64,000 nt of DNA from an uncultured Melioribacter sp. (GCA_964484755.1 CAZAGH010000002.1:24783-88782), one strand, 5' to 3'. Counted from the first letter of the stretch, positions 27,038 through 37,925 are shown. A program made the numbers and translations. Notes: a model not told the origin generated them from the letters alone.

Positions 27038-27769
27038 TTACCTCAAGGAGGAAGGGGCAAGAACGAGGATGCTCTGTGCCACCAATAGACTCGTGGTGAA
27101 AAAGAAGGCTACCTCTTCCCACGGGAGAACACTCGCAACATATACACCCGTGATCTGTGAGGAATCAAAAAACCATATTCCCTTCCGTACCGCCCAGACA
27201 TCGGCAATCGAGAGGATCCCACCAATTGCGATGGTCGAGATAGCAATCTCCGGGATGCGAGCGATCAAAATGTTGTACCCAAACATCCACTGCAACACGA
27301 TCACTGGCAGAAACCAATAAAACAAGTGCCAGGCATAGCTTAGGTACCGTCGGTTTGCACGCCACTGTTTTGAGAGCAAACCAGCGGTTAACCATAGTGC
27401 AATGAAGAGCCCCATGACCATCAGATTACTCTGAGAAAAGTCCACATCAGCGACCCGATCAAGAGGCCGAAGAGCACACAGAGACATCGTGAGGAAGGTA
27501 ACCTGAAGGGTTTGAAGCACAAAAAAAGCAATCTCCTCGATGGGTAAACGGTCGATCCTGAACAGTAGACGATCGTCTGGGAAATCCCAGAGTCGCCTAT
27601 GGACGGCCCAGTTATCCCACGGAAAGGTAAAGACAATGACGACCACACAGAGCGCGAATATCGGCAAGGCAATGGGTGCCTCTGGCCCGACAAACATCCA
27701 GAGCCCGGCACAGAGAACAAGCAGGGGCAATGTCACCCGGTAATGGAAACCGCGATAGGTCATGGTCAC
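27038..27769 (-). CDS. lycopene cyclase domain protein, fused two-repeat CrtYcd type
   Basis: Polytopic membrane protein with two copies of the PxEE-xFF lycopene-cyclase-domain signature (LPIEEIAFFVL and LPWEEVAFFFT). Confidence 0.55.
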   Translation of the reverse strand: MTMTYRGFHYRVTLPLLVLCAGLWMFVGPEAPIALPIFALCVVVIVFTFPWDNWAVHRRLWDFPDDRLLFRIDRLPIEEIAFFVLQTLQVTFLTMSLCALRPLDRVADVDFSQSNLMVMGLFIALWLTAGLLSKQWRANRRYLSYAWHLFYWFLPVIVLQWMFGYNILIARIPEIAISTIAIGGILSIADVWAVRKGIWFFDSSQITGVYVASVLPWEEVAFFFTTSLLVAQSILVLAPSSLR

Positions 27770-28713
27770 AGCGCCGAAGACACGGAAAGACGGTGCAGAA
27801 CGGCAGAGGCTCCGAGCACGTTCAGTGCATAATCGACATTCAACAGTGTAGTACGGATTCCAAGCCCTGCACTGAAACCGCTCAATTGGGTCGACACACT
27901 CACCGCAGACGTGTTGCGAAGGGAGTTGTCATAGGCAACGCGGAATTGCACGTATTTGCCAACGTAGAACTCGCCACCGATGCTGAAGTTTGAGAACCGT
28001 GATGCAAAGTCTTCGACGTCGTCGGTAAGATGATTGAACGATGCATTGATAAGAAGTGGAAGACCACGTAATCGATGATTGATACCTATACGCATGTCTA
28101 CTGGCAAGCGATCGCTGGTGCCGTCATAGGTTGAGAGTTGTGTTCCGAGATTGACGATGCTGATTCCGATGTTTGTTCGTTTAGCCGGAAAACGGAACAA
28201 CAAACCAGCATCTAATGCAATCGCGGTTGAACGCATATCGGTGAGCGACGAGTGCAGGATTTTTCCCGTTACGCCATACGCGATCAGAGTGTCGAATTCC
28301 TTTGCATAGGAAACACCCAGCGAGACATCAGAGGCAGTAAAGCTACCAGTAATCGTACCATCGATTGTCGATCGCGAAAAATCACCGTAGTTGGCGTATC
28401 CAATTGTGATGGCACCCATGCCGTCTGCAATGTCAGTAGAGTATGTCAGCAGTCCTGCATTGATATCCAAGACATGCTTGATAAACGTACCGTGAATGTT
28501 TGAAGAATCAGTTGTGGCCAGTCCTGCGGGATTCACAACTACGTTATTGGCGTCTCCCACGAGAGCGACCGTAGAGCCCCCTAGCGCGGCTGCTCTGCTG
28601 CTAATGAGGCTGCGCATGAAAGGGAAAATCGATGCCTGCTGTGCTTGCAGATCTACAGAAGCAGAAATGAGTGCTGCAACAACGACGACCAGGGGGATGT
28701 ACGATTTGATCAT
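27766..28713 (-). CDS. porQ: type IX secretion outer-membrane beta-barrel, PorQ/PorV family
   Basis: Signal peptide, then the family-typical start ...AAALGGSTVALVGDANNVVVNPAGLA... (compare PorV/PorQ ALGGAxxAxxxDAxAxxWNPAGL). Sequence is beta-strand-rich; 315 aa. Confidence 0.55.
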   Translation of the reverse strand: MIKSYIPLVVVVAALISASVDLQAQQASIFPFMRSLISSRAAALGGSTVALVGDANNVVVNPAGLATTDSSNIHGTFIKHVLDINAGLLTYSTDIADGMGAITIGYANYGDFSRSTIDGTITGSFTASDVSLGVSYAKEFDTLIAYGVTGKILHSSLTDMRSTAIALDAGLLFRFPAKRTNIGISIVNLGTQLSTYDGTSDRLPVDMRIGINHRLRGLPLLINASFNHLTDDVEDFASRFSNFSIGGEFYVGKYVQFRVAYDNSLRNTSAVSVSTQLSGFSAGLGIRTTLLNVDYALNVLGASAVLHRLSVSSAL

Positions 28714-29129
28714 TCAACATGATCCTTTACAATGTCGAGAAAGAACCTTGGTGGACGTACTGGCTTGAATTCATTGGCCGTCACAAAAGCATGACGCGTC
28801 CAACCAGTGACAAGTGTATCAACACCCCGTGTTATGGCATAGGTAATCGTCATTCGAGCCGAGATCTCCGTATCAATTGTCGCATGCAACGTCAGCAAAT
28901 CATCATAGCGCGCGGGCATGATGTATTCAGCATGCGATGTCAACACCGGAAGCATGTATCCCGAGGATTCCAACTCCGCGTATGGCAATCCGCGAGAGCG
29001 CAGCAGCTCCGTACGGGCGATCTCAAAGAGCCGGAGATAGTTACCATGATAAACAACACCCATCTTATCGGTGTCACTATACCGAACCCGGTACTGGCAG
29101 GCATGTTCGATGACCTTGTCCAATGTCAA
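28710..29129 (-). CDS. acyl-CoA thioesterase, YbgC/4HBT family
   Basis: YRVRYSDTDKMGVVYHGNYLRLFE carries the 4HBT catalytic Asp and HGG-like motif. 139 aa. Confidence 0.7.
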   Translation of the reverse strand: MTLDKVIEHACQYRVRYSDTDKMGVVYHGNYLRLFEIARTELLRSRGLPYAELESSGYMLPVLTSHAEYIMPARYDDLLTLHATIDTEISARMTITYAITRGVDTLVTGWTRHAFVTANEFKPVRPPRFFLDIVKDHVE

Positions 29130-30124
29130 TCACCTTGAGGATGCAACGAGAGCATCATTTCCAACAAGCGCTCGAGTTCCTCTAGAGAGTAAAAATCGAT
29201 CTCAAATGATCCAGCTTCGCTGGACTTCATCTTGACCTTGACCTGTGTACCGAAAAGGTGACGCAGAGAGTCTTCAATGGTGCTAAGTGTTGATGACGAG
29301 GTGTCTGCCTTCTGGGCACGCGGCGCAGAAGGTTGTGCCGGGGTCTGCGCGACGGGTACGATATCCCCATTGCGGGCCACTTCCTTGTGACCCAATTCCA
29401 TGTCTTTAACGAGAGCCTCTGTCTTGCGGACTGAGAGTTCCTTGCGGACGACCTCTCGAAGCACGGCAAGCTGTGCCCTCTCTGTAGACAGCGCAAGCAG
29501 AGCACGAGCGTGCCCCATAGAAATGCGCTTGTTGCGAAGAGATGCCTGGGCATCATCAGGCAACTTTAAGAGACGAAGGAAATTCGCAACCGTGCTGCGA
29601 TCCTTCCCTACCTTAACGGCAACATCTTCCTGTTTGAGCCCACACTCCTCGATCAACCGCTGATAGCCAATGGCGATCTCGAGTGGATTGAGATCTTCAC
29701 GTTGGACATTCTCAACGAGGGCTATCTCCAGCATCTGAGCATCCGAACCTACGTTGATCACGAATGCGGGGATGGTAGTCTTTCCCGCCATTTGCGATGC
29801 ACGCAGTCGACGTTCGCCAGAGATCAACTCGTATGCATCAAAATGCGGTCGCACCGTAATAGGCGTGATAACGCCATGTACAGCAATCGACTGCGCTAGC
29901 TCTTCTAATGCCTGTTGATCAAAGTGATGTCGGGGCTGCACCGGGTTCATCGAGATCTTGTCAATATCGATGAAGGAGACTCCCGATGATCCCTCGGGGA
30001 TATCGGCAAGGGGCTGCTGCGATGTACCCTCAGGACGTATCAATTCCTTTGGTATCAGAGCACCTATACCCTTACCAAGCCCCATTCCCTGTTTCACGCT
30101 TTTGTTCCTTACTGAATTACGCAA
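29126..30124 (-). CDS. parB: chromosome partitioning protein ParB
   Basis: ParB box [12 protein letters not shown] and an HTH region. 332 aa. Overlaps the parA stop by 8 nt. Confidence 0.85.
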   Translation of the reverse strand: MRNSVRNKSVKQGMGLGKGIGALIPKELIRPEGTSQQPLADIPEGSSGVSFIDIDKISMNPVQPRHHFDQQALEELAQSIAVHGVITPITVRPHFDAYELISGERRLRASQMAGKTTIPAFVINVGSDAQMLEIALVENVQREDLNPLEIAIGYQRLIEECGLKQEDVAVKVGKDRSTVANFLRLLKLPDDAQASLRNKRISMGHARALLALSTERAQLAVLREVVRKELSVRKTEALVKDMELGHKEVARNGDIVPVAQTPAQPSAPRAQKADTSSSTLSTIEDSLRHLFGTQVKVKMKSSEAGSFEIDFYSLEELERLLEMMLSLHPQGD

Positions 30125-30899
30125 CAGCTACCGGCATGCCATTCTTGGCAAGAATCTCAGTAGCAAGTGCCAAATAGTTTTGTGCGCCCATGCTCGACGC
30201 ATCGTATAACAGGACTGGCTTACCGTGACTTGGTGCCTCAGAGAGTCGGACGTTTCGTGTGATCACGGTTCGACAAGCCTTATCCTCAAAGTGCCGGCGT
30301 ACCTCGTCGACAACCTGGTTGCTGAGTCTTAGACGTGAATCATACATTGTCAGGAGTACACCTTCGATTTCAAGATCTGGATTCGTCGTGCGACGAACAA
30401 TTGAAATCGTGTTAAGGAGCTGCCCCAACCCCTCAAGGGCGTAGAATTCACATTGTACTGGAATAAGCACACTATCTGCGGCTGTAAGCGAGTTTAGTGT
30501 TAGCAGACCGAGTGACGGCGGACAATCAATGATGATGTAGTCATATGTTTCCTTGAGGCTAGCCAGCGCACTCTTGAGTAGTTGCTCACGTTGTGGAAGC
30601 TCTACTAGCTCGATCTCCGCACCAACAAGATTAATGTGAGAAGGCACGATGTCAAGAAAGGGCATGGCCGAAGTAACGACAACATCTTGAATTGGCAGGT
30701 GGTTAACCAACACTTCGTAAACGGTCTTATCAAGTTGCGCAGTTTCAACGCCAAATCCGTGCGAGGCATTCGCTTGTGGGTCTATGTCGACAAGCAGCGT
30801 ACGCTGTTCAGTAGCCGCAAGTGATGCGGCGAGATTGACCGACGTCGTGGTCTTGCCTACCCCACCTTTTTGGTTCGCAACGGCAATGATTTTGCCCAT
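30117..30899 (-). CDS. parA: chromosome partitioning ATPase ParA/Soj
   Basis: Deviant Walker [12 protein letters not shown]. The internal Met ([13 protein letters not shown]) at 30899 is taken as the start; the track ORF is extended to 30959. Confidence 0.9.
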   Translation of the reverse strand: MGKIIAVANQKGGVGKTTTSVNLAASLAATEQRTLLVDIDPQANASHGFGVETAQLDKTVYEVLVNHLPIQDVVVTSAMPFLDIVPSHINLVGAEIELVELPQREQLLKSALASLKETYDYIIIDCPPSLGLLTLNSLTAADSVLIPVQCEFYALEGLGQLLNTISIVRRTTNPDLEIEGVLLTMYDSRLRLSNQVVDEVRRHFEDKACRTVITRNVRLSEAPSHGKPVLLYDASSMGAQNYLALATEILAKNGMPVAVA

Positions 30900-30990
30900 A
30901 TACGTATTGCTCCGATGTGCCACTGTGGCATGGTGATTCGTGTTGTTTCTGCAAGGCAAAGCTACGAAGCCACGGCAACTTCAAGAAGTG

Positions 30991-31012
30991 CATGTTTCAC
31001 ACATGTTTCACA
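30991..31012. repeat. tandem direct repeat 2 x CATGTTTCACA abutting the sprA stop; each unit contains a parS half-site (TGTTTCAC)
   Basis: Read directly: catgtttcaca catgtttcaca at 30991-31001 and 31002-31012. Confidence 0.6.
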
Positions 31013-34000
31013 CTACCTGCCGCCAGAGATCGAAAGACGGATGTCAAGTCCAACCTGGGTTGTACTGAATCCTGGATTTGCCGCGCCCTCACTGAAATTG
31101 CCCTCATACTTGACAAATGCCGAGGCAGTCACCCGATTGCTAATGGTATACTTTGCCCGAGGTTCGATCACGATCTGTGTGGTTCCGTCTACAACGGCGC
31201 CACCTGGTCCCTTGTAGTCGAGGATGTCATATTGGGCACGGCGATTTCTTCGCACTTGGGTGTTGAGCGTGATCTCCAGATCATTCTTTAGGTCCATTCC
31301 AAAAAGCTTCAGCGGAACTGCCCTACGCAGATACGAGGCCTGCAGCTGGAATTCGTGCGACGTCTCGAGTGAGATGACGCTTCGAGCCGAGGCATTAAAT
31401 CCATGCGTATTCGTAACGCTGTACCGGCCCGTTGCCGTTAACACACCCTCAAGTTTTCGCTCATCGAATGACAGGTTAATGCCCACCAAGGGGGAGAAAC
31501 CTGACTTTACTTGCTGAACCTCTATGAACCGTCCGTTGTCATTTATACGGGCATTCTCGGTGTACGTCGACTGATACGCATGCTCAAGAAACACACGTTG
31601 TGCGAGCCCCTTGAAGAGTGGAAACTTTTCTAATCCATCCCAGCGGAATGTCCAGTTTACACCGGGAAGAACCCTTCCAAGCTCTCCCGAAAAGAACTGC
31701 CATGATTCAAATCCCTCGCGGAATGAGGTAGAAAGTGCATCCAGAAGCTGTGCACTGCGAGTAGCCGTGTCGCTGGTGGCCTCAATGGCAGCCTTACGCT
31801 CATTGTACAAGCGGACTACTGTCTCGACATTGTCGTCTGATAAACCGAACGGTAGACTTGAGAAACTGACAAACGTTCGGTCGAGTGTTTGACGCTTGTT
31901 GACGTTTGAGAATGTAGGAACTCCAAGAGCATCTGTTTGTAGACGTTGATTCCTACTGAAACCAAGGTCGGTCTTCATCGTAAGATCCAGTGTTGCCCCC
32001 GGCCAAAGGGTCCTGTTTGTCTGGAATTGGAAGTTCGATTTCTGTGCGTAGTCATCCTGCATAACAGCGTTGGCTGGACGAACACCAGGGCCCGTTTCGA
32101 AACGGAAGAACGGGAACGATGGTGATGAGACCATCTTCAGCTCGCCATGAGGATCAGGGATAAGTCCGAGTTGATACGCTGTATTCGGACCATTCGCAGT
32201 GAGATTATCTCGGAACAGGAGTGATCTTCCCCAGAGATTCGAAAAGCCTGATTCACCAAGAATACCGCGGTTCACAGCGTTGGTGCTTTGATTTAAGGTC
32301 AACGTGAAGTTTTCAAAACCGAAGAAGATGTCTTGTATCACCCTGCCGATTGAGGAGTCGCCTTTAGCAGGAGTGCCAAAGATCTCGTTACCAAACTGAC
32401 GCCATTTCCATACTGGACTTAACCGAAAGTTCGACGTGTACTTACCTTCTCGAACGACATCACGCTGAGCCGGATCGGTCTGCAGTGGGTCGACAAGATT
32501 GTAGACCACATTGTAGGATCCAGTGGTTTCAAGCAGTCTGTTCAGGCCAAAGACATCGGGAAGACGGGGCTTAAAGGAAAGCGTAATCGTTTGATTGTAG
32601 TTGCTGACCGCCCCGAGGTTCAACAGGCCGCCGCCTGGATTGAATATCTGACTGGAGAGCTGGCTGGCGGTGCGCTGACGACCGTTCTCATCAAGTTCAA
32701 AGGGCACAAGCGTCGACATCGAAGCGACTTTGTAATCCAGTACGGGGCTAAGTAAGCTGTTTTCAACAAGTCGCCAGTTGAAGCCGAACATCTTGTCGGC
32801 CATGAACTCACGAATGATTGGACTAGGCTGCAACAAGAATCGGGATTGCTCAGTAATGCGGGCGCGCGTCATATTGAGACTCGCGTTGATGGTCTGCGGC
32901 AGCAGGTTGATTTTTGTGTCCTTATAGGCTCGCAGACCCCATGTGTTCCCTATCCATGTCCAGGGCTGGAATGAAAGCTTACCAGGTAACGTAAGAGCAT
33001 AGTCAACTTTGAATCTCCATCTCCAGTCGAACTTATGCTGAACAACCTGCGATCGCTCAAACTCCTGTGCGTATGAGAAGTTGAACGTCAGTTTGTTAAA
33101 GATATCGTCGACGTACCATGCTTTGACTGGAATTCCGAGACGAACGCCATTGAGCGCCCATTGATCTTGCACTCGCACTCGTTGCGAACGCTGGCGAACC
33201 TGCTGAGCAACCTGCTGGGCAACCTCCGGAGTTGCTCCTTTTTGCAAGGTATCACTCGAGGCAGCATTGGCTGCCGCATCTAACTCTACGTCGTTCTGTG
33301 CCTGAAACTGAGGTGTTTCTGAAATCTCTGCGTGCGTATAGCTGATTGGAATACGAGTATCCTTCATGGCCTTGGGCAGAAGCTTCTCGGCACCCACTTG
33401 CACCGTTGTGGTCCATGTGGTACTCTGAACACGGTTTCCATATCGCTCTTCGAGTCTATGGAAGTTCGGTGTCGAATGATTCACCGCGGATGTGATCTCA
33501 CCGATATCGGCCAGCTTTAACGTGGCGTTACCAATGGCCGCCCAGTCATTGTCTGCCGTTGGATCTACAACCCGCAATTCATCGATCCACATGGTCGTAG
33601 ATAGTTCATTCGGGAACCGTTCTTTCGGATTTGCAAGTCCAAATCCAAAGAACGACACCCTTGTCATGATAGGGTTGCCTTTAATGGCAAAGCTCGCATC
33701 AGGATCACCCGGAACAGGGAACTCCTGACGTTGATCTGTTCGACTTCGATCTCGTGTTTCTTTCAGTGCAGTAATGTCTGCAATCTTGATGCGCAGATCC
33801 TGCCAGCCCCGTAACAGAGGCCTTCTGTACTCGTAATAGTTGGCCGAATCCACACCAAAACGGATGAAGCAATATGCTGGTGGTACCGAGCCAGGCGTCA
33901 CAGTGCTAGGCATCGTGTTGTCGCCGTGAATGAAGAAAGCGACTTCTTTGTAGTAGAACAGATCCCACGGCCGGAAGATCCGAGCTGCGAATCGCTCTTC

Positions 34001-37000
34001 CCCTGCACGAAGGCTGCGGGATCGAACAACCAACGACTGTTCGTTGAGATAAAGCTGCTGATATGGATCAGGATTCTGAAGCTGCTGCGGTGGTGTTACG
34101 CCCGGCGGCATAGTGTAGTAATCCGGGGCATCTTGGTTTTCTTCGCGGTTAACGTAGGCTACCTGAAGCACTGTGTCGGTCTGTTCGACATTTGGTTGGA
34201 ACTGGTGGTTCCTAAGCCAGAATGATCCAACAAGACCCCAGTCGGCAATGGCTACCTTAACAACTCCGCCCTGAAAATGGATACGAGCATACTGCACGTT
34301 GGTAAACAATGGGTTCCCCACAACCGTATCCGGTCTGCGCACTGGAATACGAAACTGGTACCATCCTGTGGCCGGATTACCACCAACGATCTGTGGATTG
34401 GTGGCCGGATTGGGATTGAGATTTACCTCGTAACGGAAATAGCTGTTATCGAGAGAGATAGTCTGACCATTGTTTCTGTTCAGGATTTCCGTGTCAGGGA
34501 ACTGCCCCATTTCTGATTGTGTGGCATTGCCCTCAAAGTTGTTGTACCTACGGAACTGATCTTCGGTCTGATTCTGTCGATCAGCGGTAAAGTTGAACTG
34601 GTAATCATCTCGCGCGGGGTCAGCCTCTTCGCTGAGCGGGAATGGATACACCAGCTTTTCGCCGGCATTATCCAGGTTGTCGATTCCCAAGTCTTCCCCT
34701 TCGTCGATGAGGTTGTTCGCAGGGGGCTGATCTTCCGTGTTCAAGCGCTGGTTGGGTATCACGTCTTCGCTAATCTGCCCTAGATCGATGTACATCTTCG
34801 ATCCTGGTTCGAAGCCGTCAATGCGCATCATAACTTCAATGAAGTCAATGTTTTCGTTGTCGAAGTTGGTATTGAACGGCGAAAGTAGCCGCATCATACC
34901 ACCCCAGACTTTCTGACGATTATCACGCTGGAAACGCTGGGCTTGTTCGCGGACGGCATTACTGTCCGGACCGTTCCAGGTTGGATTCTGATTGTCAACA
35001 AACTCAGGGTTTGCGTTGTAGATGCCCCGTTCATCGGGGATGAATGTGATGCGAATCGGATTGATATTGTTGCGACCCTGAACGTTGGCACGATTCGGAT
35101 AGACATCCAATTGCGGCACATCCGGCACAAAGCGCTGATACCAGAACATCTTACCACGATAACTCGAGGCAGTTGTATCGTCCTGCCACAACGTTGAATC
35201 TTTTGCTGCTGATGAATGCAACCACAAGGTTGGCGTCAAGCCAAACGAAAGATATCTGCGCGCACTTTCAAAGTCGTCCACGTATGCAACAGACTTCAGC
35301 ATGTCGCTGGCAACAGTCGACACACGCTTGTTTGGTGTGGGAGATACCATGGCCCATTCGCCGTTGATGGCGAACGTTGACTTTTCCTTGGTGTCGATGA
35401 ACGGCAACGCGTTGAGCGCACGAGTTAGCCATGGAAGCTCCGCATTAAGTTTGGCATCAAAACCAAACATCAGGTTCGCATTTGGCTCCTGGCCAGGTAG
35501 AACTCGGTCTACGATTGCGGCCTGGTCGTAATTCATCAATGTCATACCAACAGAACTCGTAATGCGTCGTTTGTTCAGCAACAACATGTCGGCGCGCACA
35601 CCTAAGAGCGTACGAGTTGTTAGGTTAAAGATGTCGTTCTGCTCATACTCAATGTTCAGATTGGCATTCGGAAGCAGCGCGCGCTGATTCAGTAGAGACA
35701 GTGTTCCGGTGTAGTAATCAACCGTAAAATCAACTCCCTCGCGAAGCTGCATACCATCAAGCGTTACACGCACACTACCGGGAGAGAGCTGATATGCCAG
35801 TGGAATTCGACTCCCTGTCATGGTTCCCATCGCCTCACCAACGATCAGGAAACGATCCTTGGCGCTCACCAAACGAGCAGCAATTTCCGTTGTATCGTAT
35901 ACCTCGTTAAAAACATACTGTTCGGCCAGTTGAGCGTTACCCTTGGATGCAAAGTACTCGCGCAGACCATCACGGAAAGGCTCAAGGCTTGGGAAGGTAA
36001 TCTCACCACGCTGGGCATTAAACACCGGCTGGCGGGCATCGAACTGTCCATCGGCAGGGGGCACACCCGTTCCATTATTCACCTGGTCGATACGAAAGAT
36101 CGTCATGATCTTATCTGGTGCACCTTCGAGAACATCAGTCGAGTCGTTCGTTTGCCGGTAATACCACATGCCGATCTTGGCTTCCTGTGGATTGATGTTC
36201 GGAACACCGATGTTATATCTGTTCCGCATCATACGCTTCCAGAGCGTTTTGAAGCCTGGCTGCATTTGCGGACGGGCAACAAGCTTTAAAATGAGGGTAT
36301 CGCGCTCGTTGGCATTTGTTGTTAACGTGCCATAGTACTGGTCATCCGCGTTGTCAGTGGTTGGCCCCTCGGTGCGGTAGCTTACGGCATAGTACCGGTC
36401 ATTACGAATGTTCAGAATAGTTAACGTGCCAAGGTTGAGATCTACCTCGTAGCGTTTGGGATCGAGCCTTACGAAACGGCCACGCTCAACAATACCTGCT
36501 TTGATCTCCTGATTCCGAAGCGCTGGATCATAGCGCTCCCCTTGCGCATAGTTGATGGGCTTGAGATCTGCAATAGCCACGGCTTCGCTGGCCTGCACCT
36601 CCTTGAGATCGGTCGTCGACTCCCATACTTCGATATCACCCTTGACGACAAGAGACGCCCCCTCAATAGGAAGAACCGGGGTAACCGACTTGTGATATGC
36701 ACGCCAAACAGCAAAGTATGCCGTATCAAGGAAGAAGTGGTTCTTTGCGTAATCATATGCCCGTATCGAGAACTGCTGCCGGGATGCACCACCGCGAGCA
36801 TTGATGAATCGTCGCTCTGCCCGACGCTGCGATGCGATGGTCTTGAGAAACAATGGACCGAACTGGAAGTCAGCCCGTATGCCGAACAGAGTTTGTCCAC
36901 CACCAATCAGCGAGCTCTGAGTTTCAAGGTTAACGTTGCCAAACTCGACCTTCTTGATGATATCATCGTCATAGCCATCGAAGCCAACCTTGAAACGGTT

Positions 37001-37789
37001 GTTGAACTCAAACTGGTTCAATGTGTTCCAGTCAACGTTCATTTTGAACTTATCACCAATACGGCCGCTTACATTGACCTGGATGTTCTGATTGAACACT
37101 GGTGCAGACTGTGATTGCCCCACGATCGAAGCTGTTCCAAGAGCTTGAGAGTCCCATCGCCAACCAGCAGTTACGTTCACCTCACCGTTCACGGTGATCG
37201 AAATCTCTGGTTTACCGAATATGCTGCTGAAAAGAGCACTTTGTGGAAGCGGTATCGTAATGTTCGTGGCCTGGTCAAGAAGCTTTGTGAGTTCGGCCTC
37301 TGAGAGCGGTTTCTTGAGTTCGTACTTTGCCAGTGAACTATCACGAAGTTTATGCAGGATTTGTTCCCGTCTGAGCTTGAAGTACTCATCGAGCGACATC
37401 GGCGTTATCGTGCCAACATCTACGCCTTCGATCAACTCGTACAGTCTGATAGTTGACAGAGTGCTGTCTACCGAGCCGGCCTGCGAGAAACCTTTTGGAG
37501 TGGTACCATAACGATCCGGCTGCTGCGGACGGGAAAGCCCCCTTCTGTTGAGGAGTGTGCTGGGGTAGTAAAATGGAAGATCTGTGTTGGTGGGATCGCC
37601 TATACCCACAGGGCCCATATTCTTCTTTGTGCTATCGGCAAGCGTTGAGTCTGCACGCAACAGCACGCCCCAAGCGAACATCTCGGCCGGCAGCACAAGC
37701 TCGGCCCCTTCGAGAGGTTGCAGGAATACGAGGCACAGCCCTAACAGGGCAAGGCATGTTCGTACTGTGTGGGCGAACACGATGGGCAA
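31013..37789 (-). CDS. sprA: type IX secretion system translocon SprA (Sov)
   Basis: 2258-aa single ORF with an N-terminal signal peptide and a very large beta-rich protein. The size and composition are unique to SprA. Plus-strand ORFs inside it are antisense artefacts. Confidence 0.85.
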   Translation of the reverse strand: MPIVFAHTVRTCLALLGLCLVFLQPLEGAELVLPAEMFAWGVLLRADSTLADSTKKNMGPVGIGDPTNTDLPFYYPSTLLNRRGLSRPQQPDRYGTTPKGFSQAGSVDSTLSTIRLYELIEGVDVGTITPMSLDEYFKLRREQILHKLRDSSLAKYELKKPLSEAELTKLLDQATNITIPLPQSALFSSIFGKPEISITVNGEVNVTAGWRWDSQALGTASIVGQSQSAPVFNQNIQVNVSGRIGDKFKMNVDWNTLNQFEFNNRFKVGFDGYDDDIIKKVEFGNVNLETQSSLIGGGQTLFGIRADFQFGPLFLKTIASQRRAERRFINARGGASRQQFSIRAYDYAKNHFFLDTAYFAVWRAYHKSVTPVLPIEGASLVVKGDIEVWESTTDLKEVQASEAVAIADLKPINYAQGERYDPALRNQEIKAGIVERGRFVRLDPKRYEVDLNLGTLTILNIRNDRYYAVSYRTEGPTTDNADDQYYGTLTTNANERDTLILKLVARPQMQPGFKTLWKRMMRNRYNIGVPNINPQEAKIGMWYYRQTNDSTDVLEGAPDKIMTIFRIDQVNNGTGVPPADGQFDARQPVFNAQRGEITFPSLEPFRDGLREYFASKGNAQLAEQYVFNEVYDTTEIAARLVSAKDRFLIVGEAMGTMTGSRIPLAYQLSPGSVRVTLDGMQLREGVDFTVDYYTGTLSLLNQRALLPNANLNIEYEQNDIFNLTTRTLLGVRADMLLLNKRRITSSVGMTLMNYDQAAIVDRVLPGQEPNANLMFGFDAKLNAELPWLTRALNALPFIDTKEKSTFAINGEWAMVSPTPNKRVSTVASDMLKSVAYVDDFESARRYLSFGLTPTLWLHSSAAKDSTLWQDDTTASSYRGKMFWYQRFVPDVPQLDVYPNRANVQGRNNINPIRITFIPDERGIYNANPEFVDNQNPTWNGPDSNAVREQAQRFQRDNRQKVWGGMMRLLSPFNTNFDNENIDFIEVMMRIDGFEPGSKMYIDLGQISEDVIPNQRLNTEDQPPANNLIDEGEDLGIDNLDNAGEKLVYPFPLSEEADPARDDYQFNFTADRQNQTEDQFRRYNNFEGNATQSEMGQFPDTEILNRNNGQTISLDNSYFRYEVNLNPNPATNPQIVGGNPATGWYQFRIPVRRPDTVVGNPLFTNVQYARIHFQGGVVKVAIADWGLVGSFWLRNHQFQPNVEQTDTVLQVAYVNREENQDAPDYYTMPPGVTPPQQLQNPDPYQQLYLNEQSLVVRSRSLRAGEERFAARIFRPWDLFYYKEVAFFIHGDNTMPSTVTPGSVPPAYCFIRFGVDSANYYEYRRPLLRGWQDLRIKIADITALKETRDRSRTDQRQEFPVPGDPDASFAIKGNPIMTRVSFFGFGLANPKERFPNELSTTMWIDELRVVDPTADNDWAAIGNATLKLADIGEITSAVNHSTPNFHRLEERYGNRVQSTTWTTTVQVGAEKLLPKAMKDTRIPISYTHAEISETPQFQAQNDVELDAAANAASSDTLQKGATPEVAQQVAQQVRQRSQRVRVQDQWALNGVRLGIPVKAWYVDDIFNKLTFNFSYAQEFERSQVVQHKFDWRWRFKVDYALTLPGKLSFQPWTWIGNTWGLRAYKDTKINLLPQTINASLNMTRARITEQSRFLLQPSPIIREFMADKMFGFNWRLVENSLLSPVLDYKVASMSTLVPFELDENGRQRTASQLSSQIFNPGGGLLNLGAVSNYNQTITLSFKPRLPDVFGLNRLLETTGSYNVVYNLVDPLQTDPAQRDVVREGKYTSNFRLSPVWKWRQFGNEIFGTPAKGDSSIGRVIQDIFFGFENFTLTLNQSTNAVNRGILGESGFSNLWGRSLLFRDNLTANGPNTAYQLGLIPDPHGELKMVSSPSFPFFRFETGPGVRPANAVMQDDYAQKSNFQFQTNRTLWPGATLDLTMKTDLGFSRNQRLQTDALGVPTFSNVNKRQTLDRTFVSFSSLPFGLSDDNVETVVRLYNERKAAIEATSDTATRSAQLLDALSTSFREGFESWQFFSGELGRVLPGVNWTFRWDGLEKFPLFKGLAQRVFLEHAYQSTYTENARINDNGRFIEVQQVKSGFSPLVGINLSFDERKLEGVLTATGRYSVTNTHGFNASARSVISLETSHEFQLQASYLRRAVPLKLFGMDLKNDLEITLNTQVRRNRRAQYDILDYKGPGGAVVDGTTQIVIEPRAKYTISNRVTASAFVKYEGNFSEGAANPGFSTTQVGLDIRLSISGGR

Positions 37790-37925
37790 CTCACCTATTC
37801 CTAAAGTTTACCGAAACAGCAGACTTCGGTCATCGAAGCAGCAAAACCACGTAGCAAATGGCGAGAATACCCCACTCCATGAAACTCCCTAATGCGCAAA
37901 GATAACGGCTGGTTAGTTTTGTACG

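Noticed and set aside
30991-31012. Calling the repeat a bona fide parS site
   Set aside because: Canonical parS is an inverted repeat (TGTTTCAC-GTGAAACA). Here two identical half-sites are in direct orientation. Reported only as a half-site repeat.
31224-37511. Numerous plus-strand ORFs of 60-190 aa inside the sprA locus (e.g. 36542..37114, 35930..36289)
   Set aside because: All are antisense to one continuous 2258-aa SprA reading frame. No independent start context or domain content. Artefacts of a long gene.
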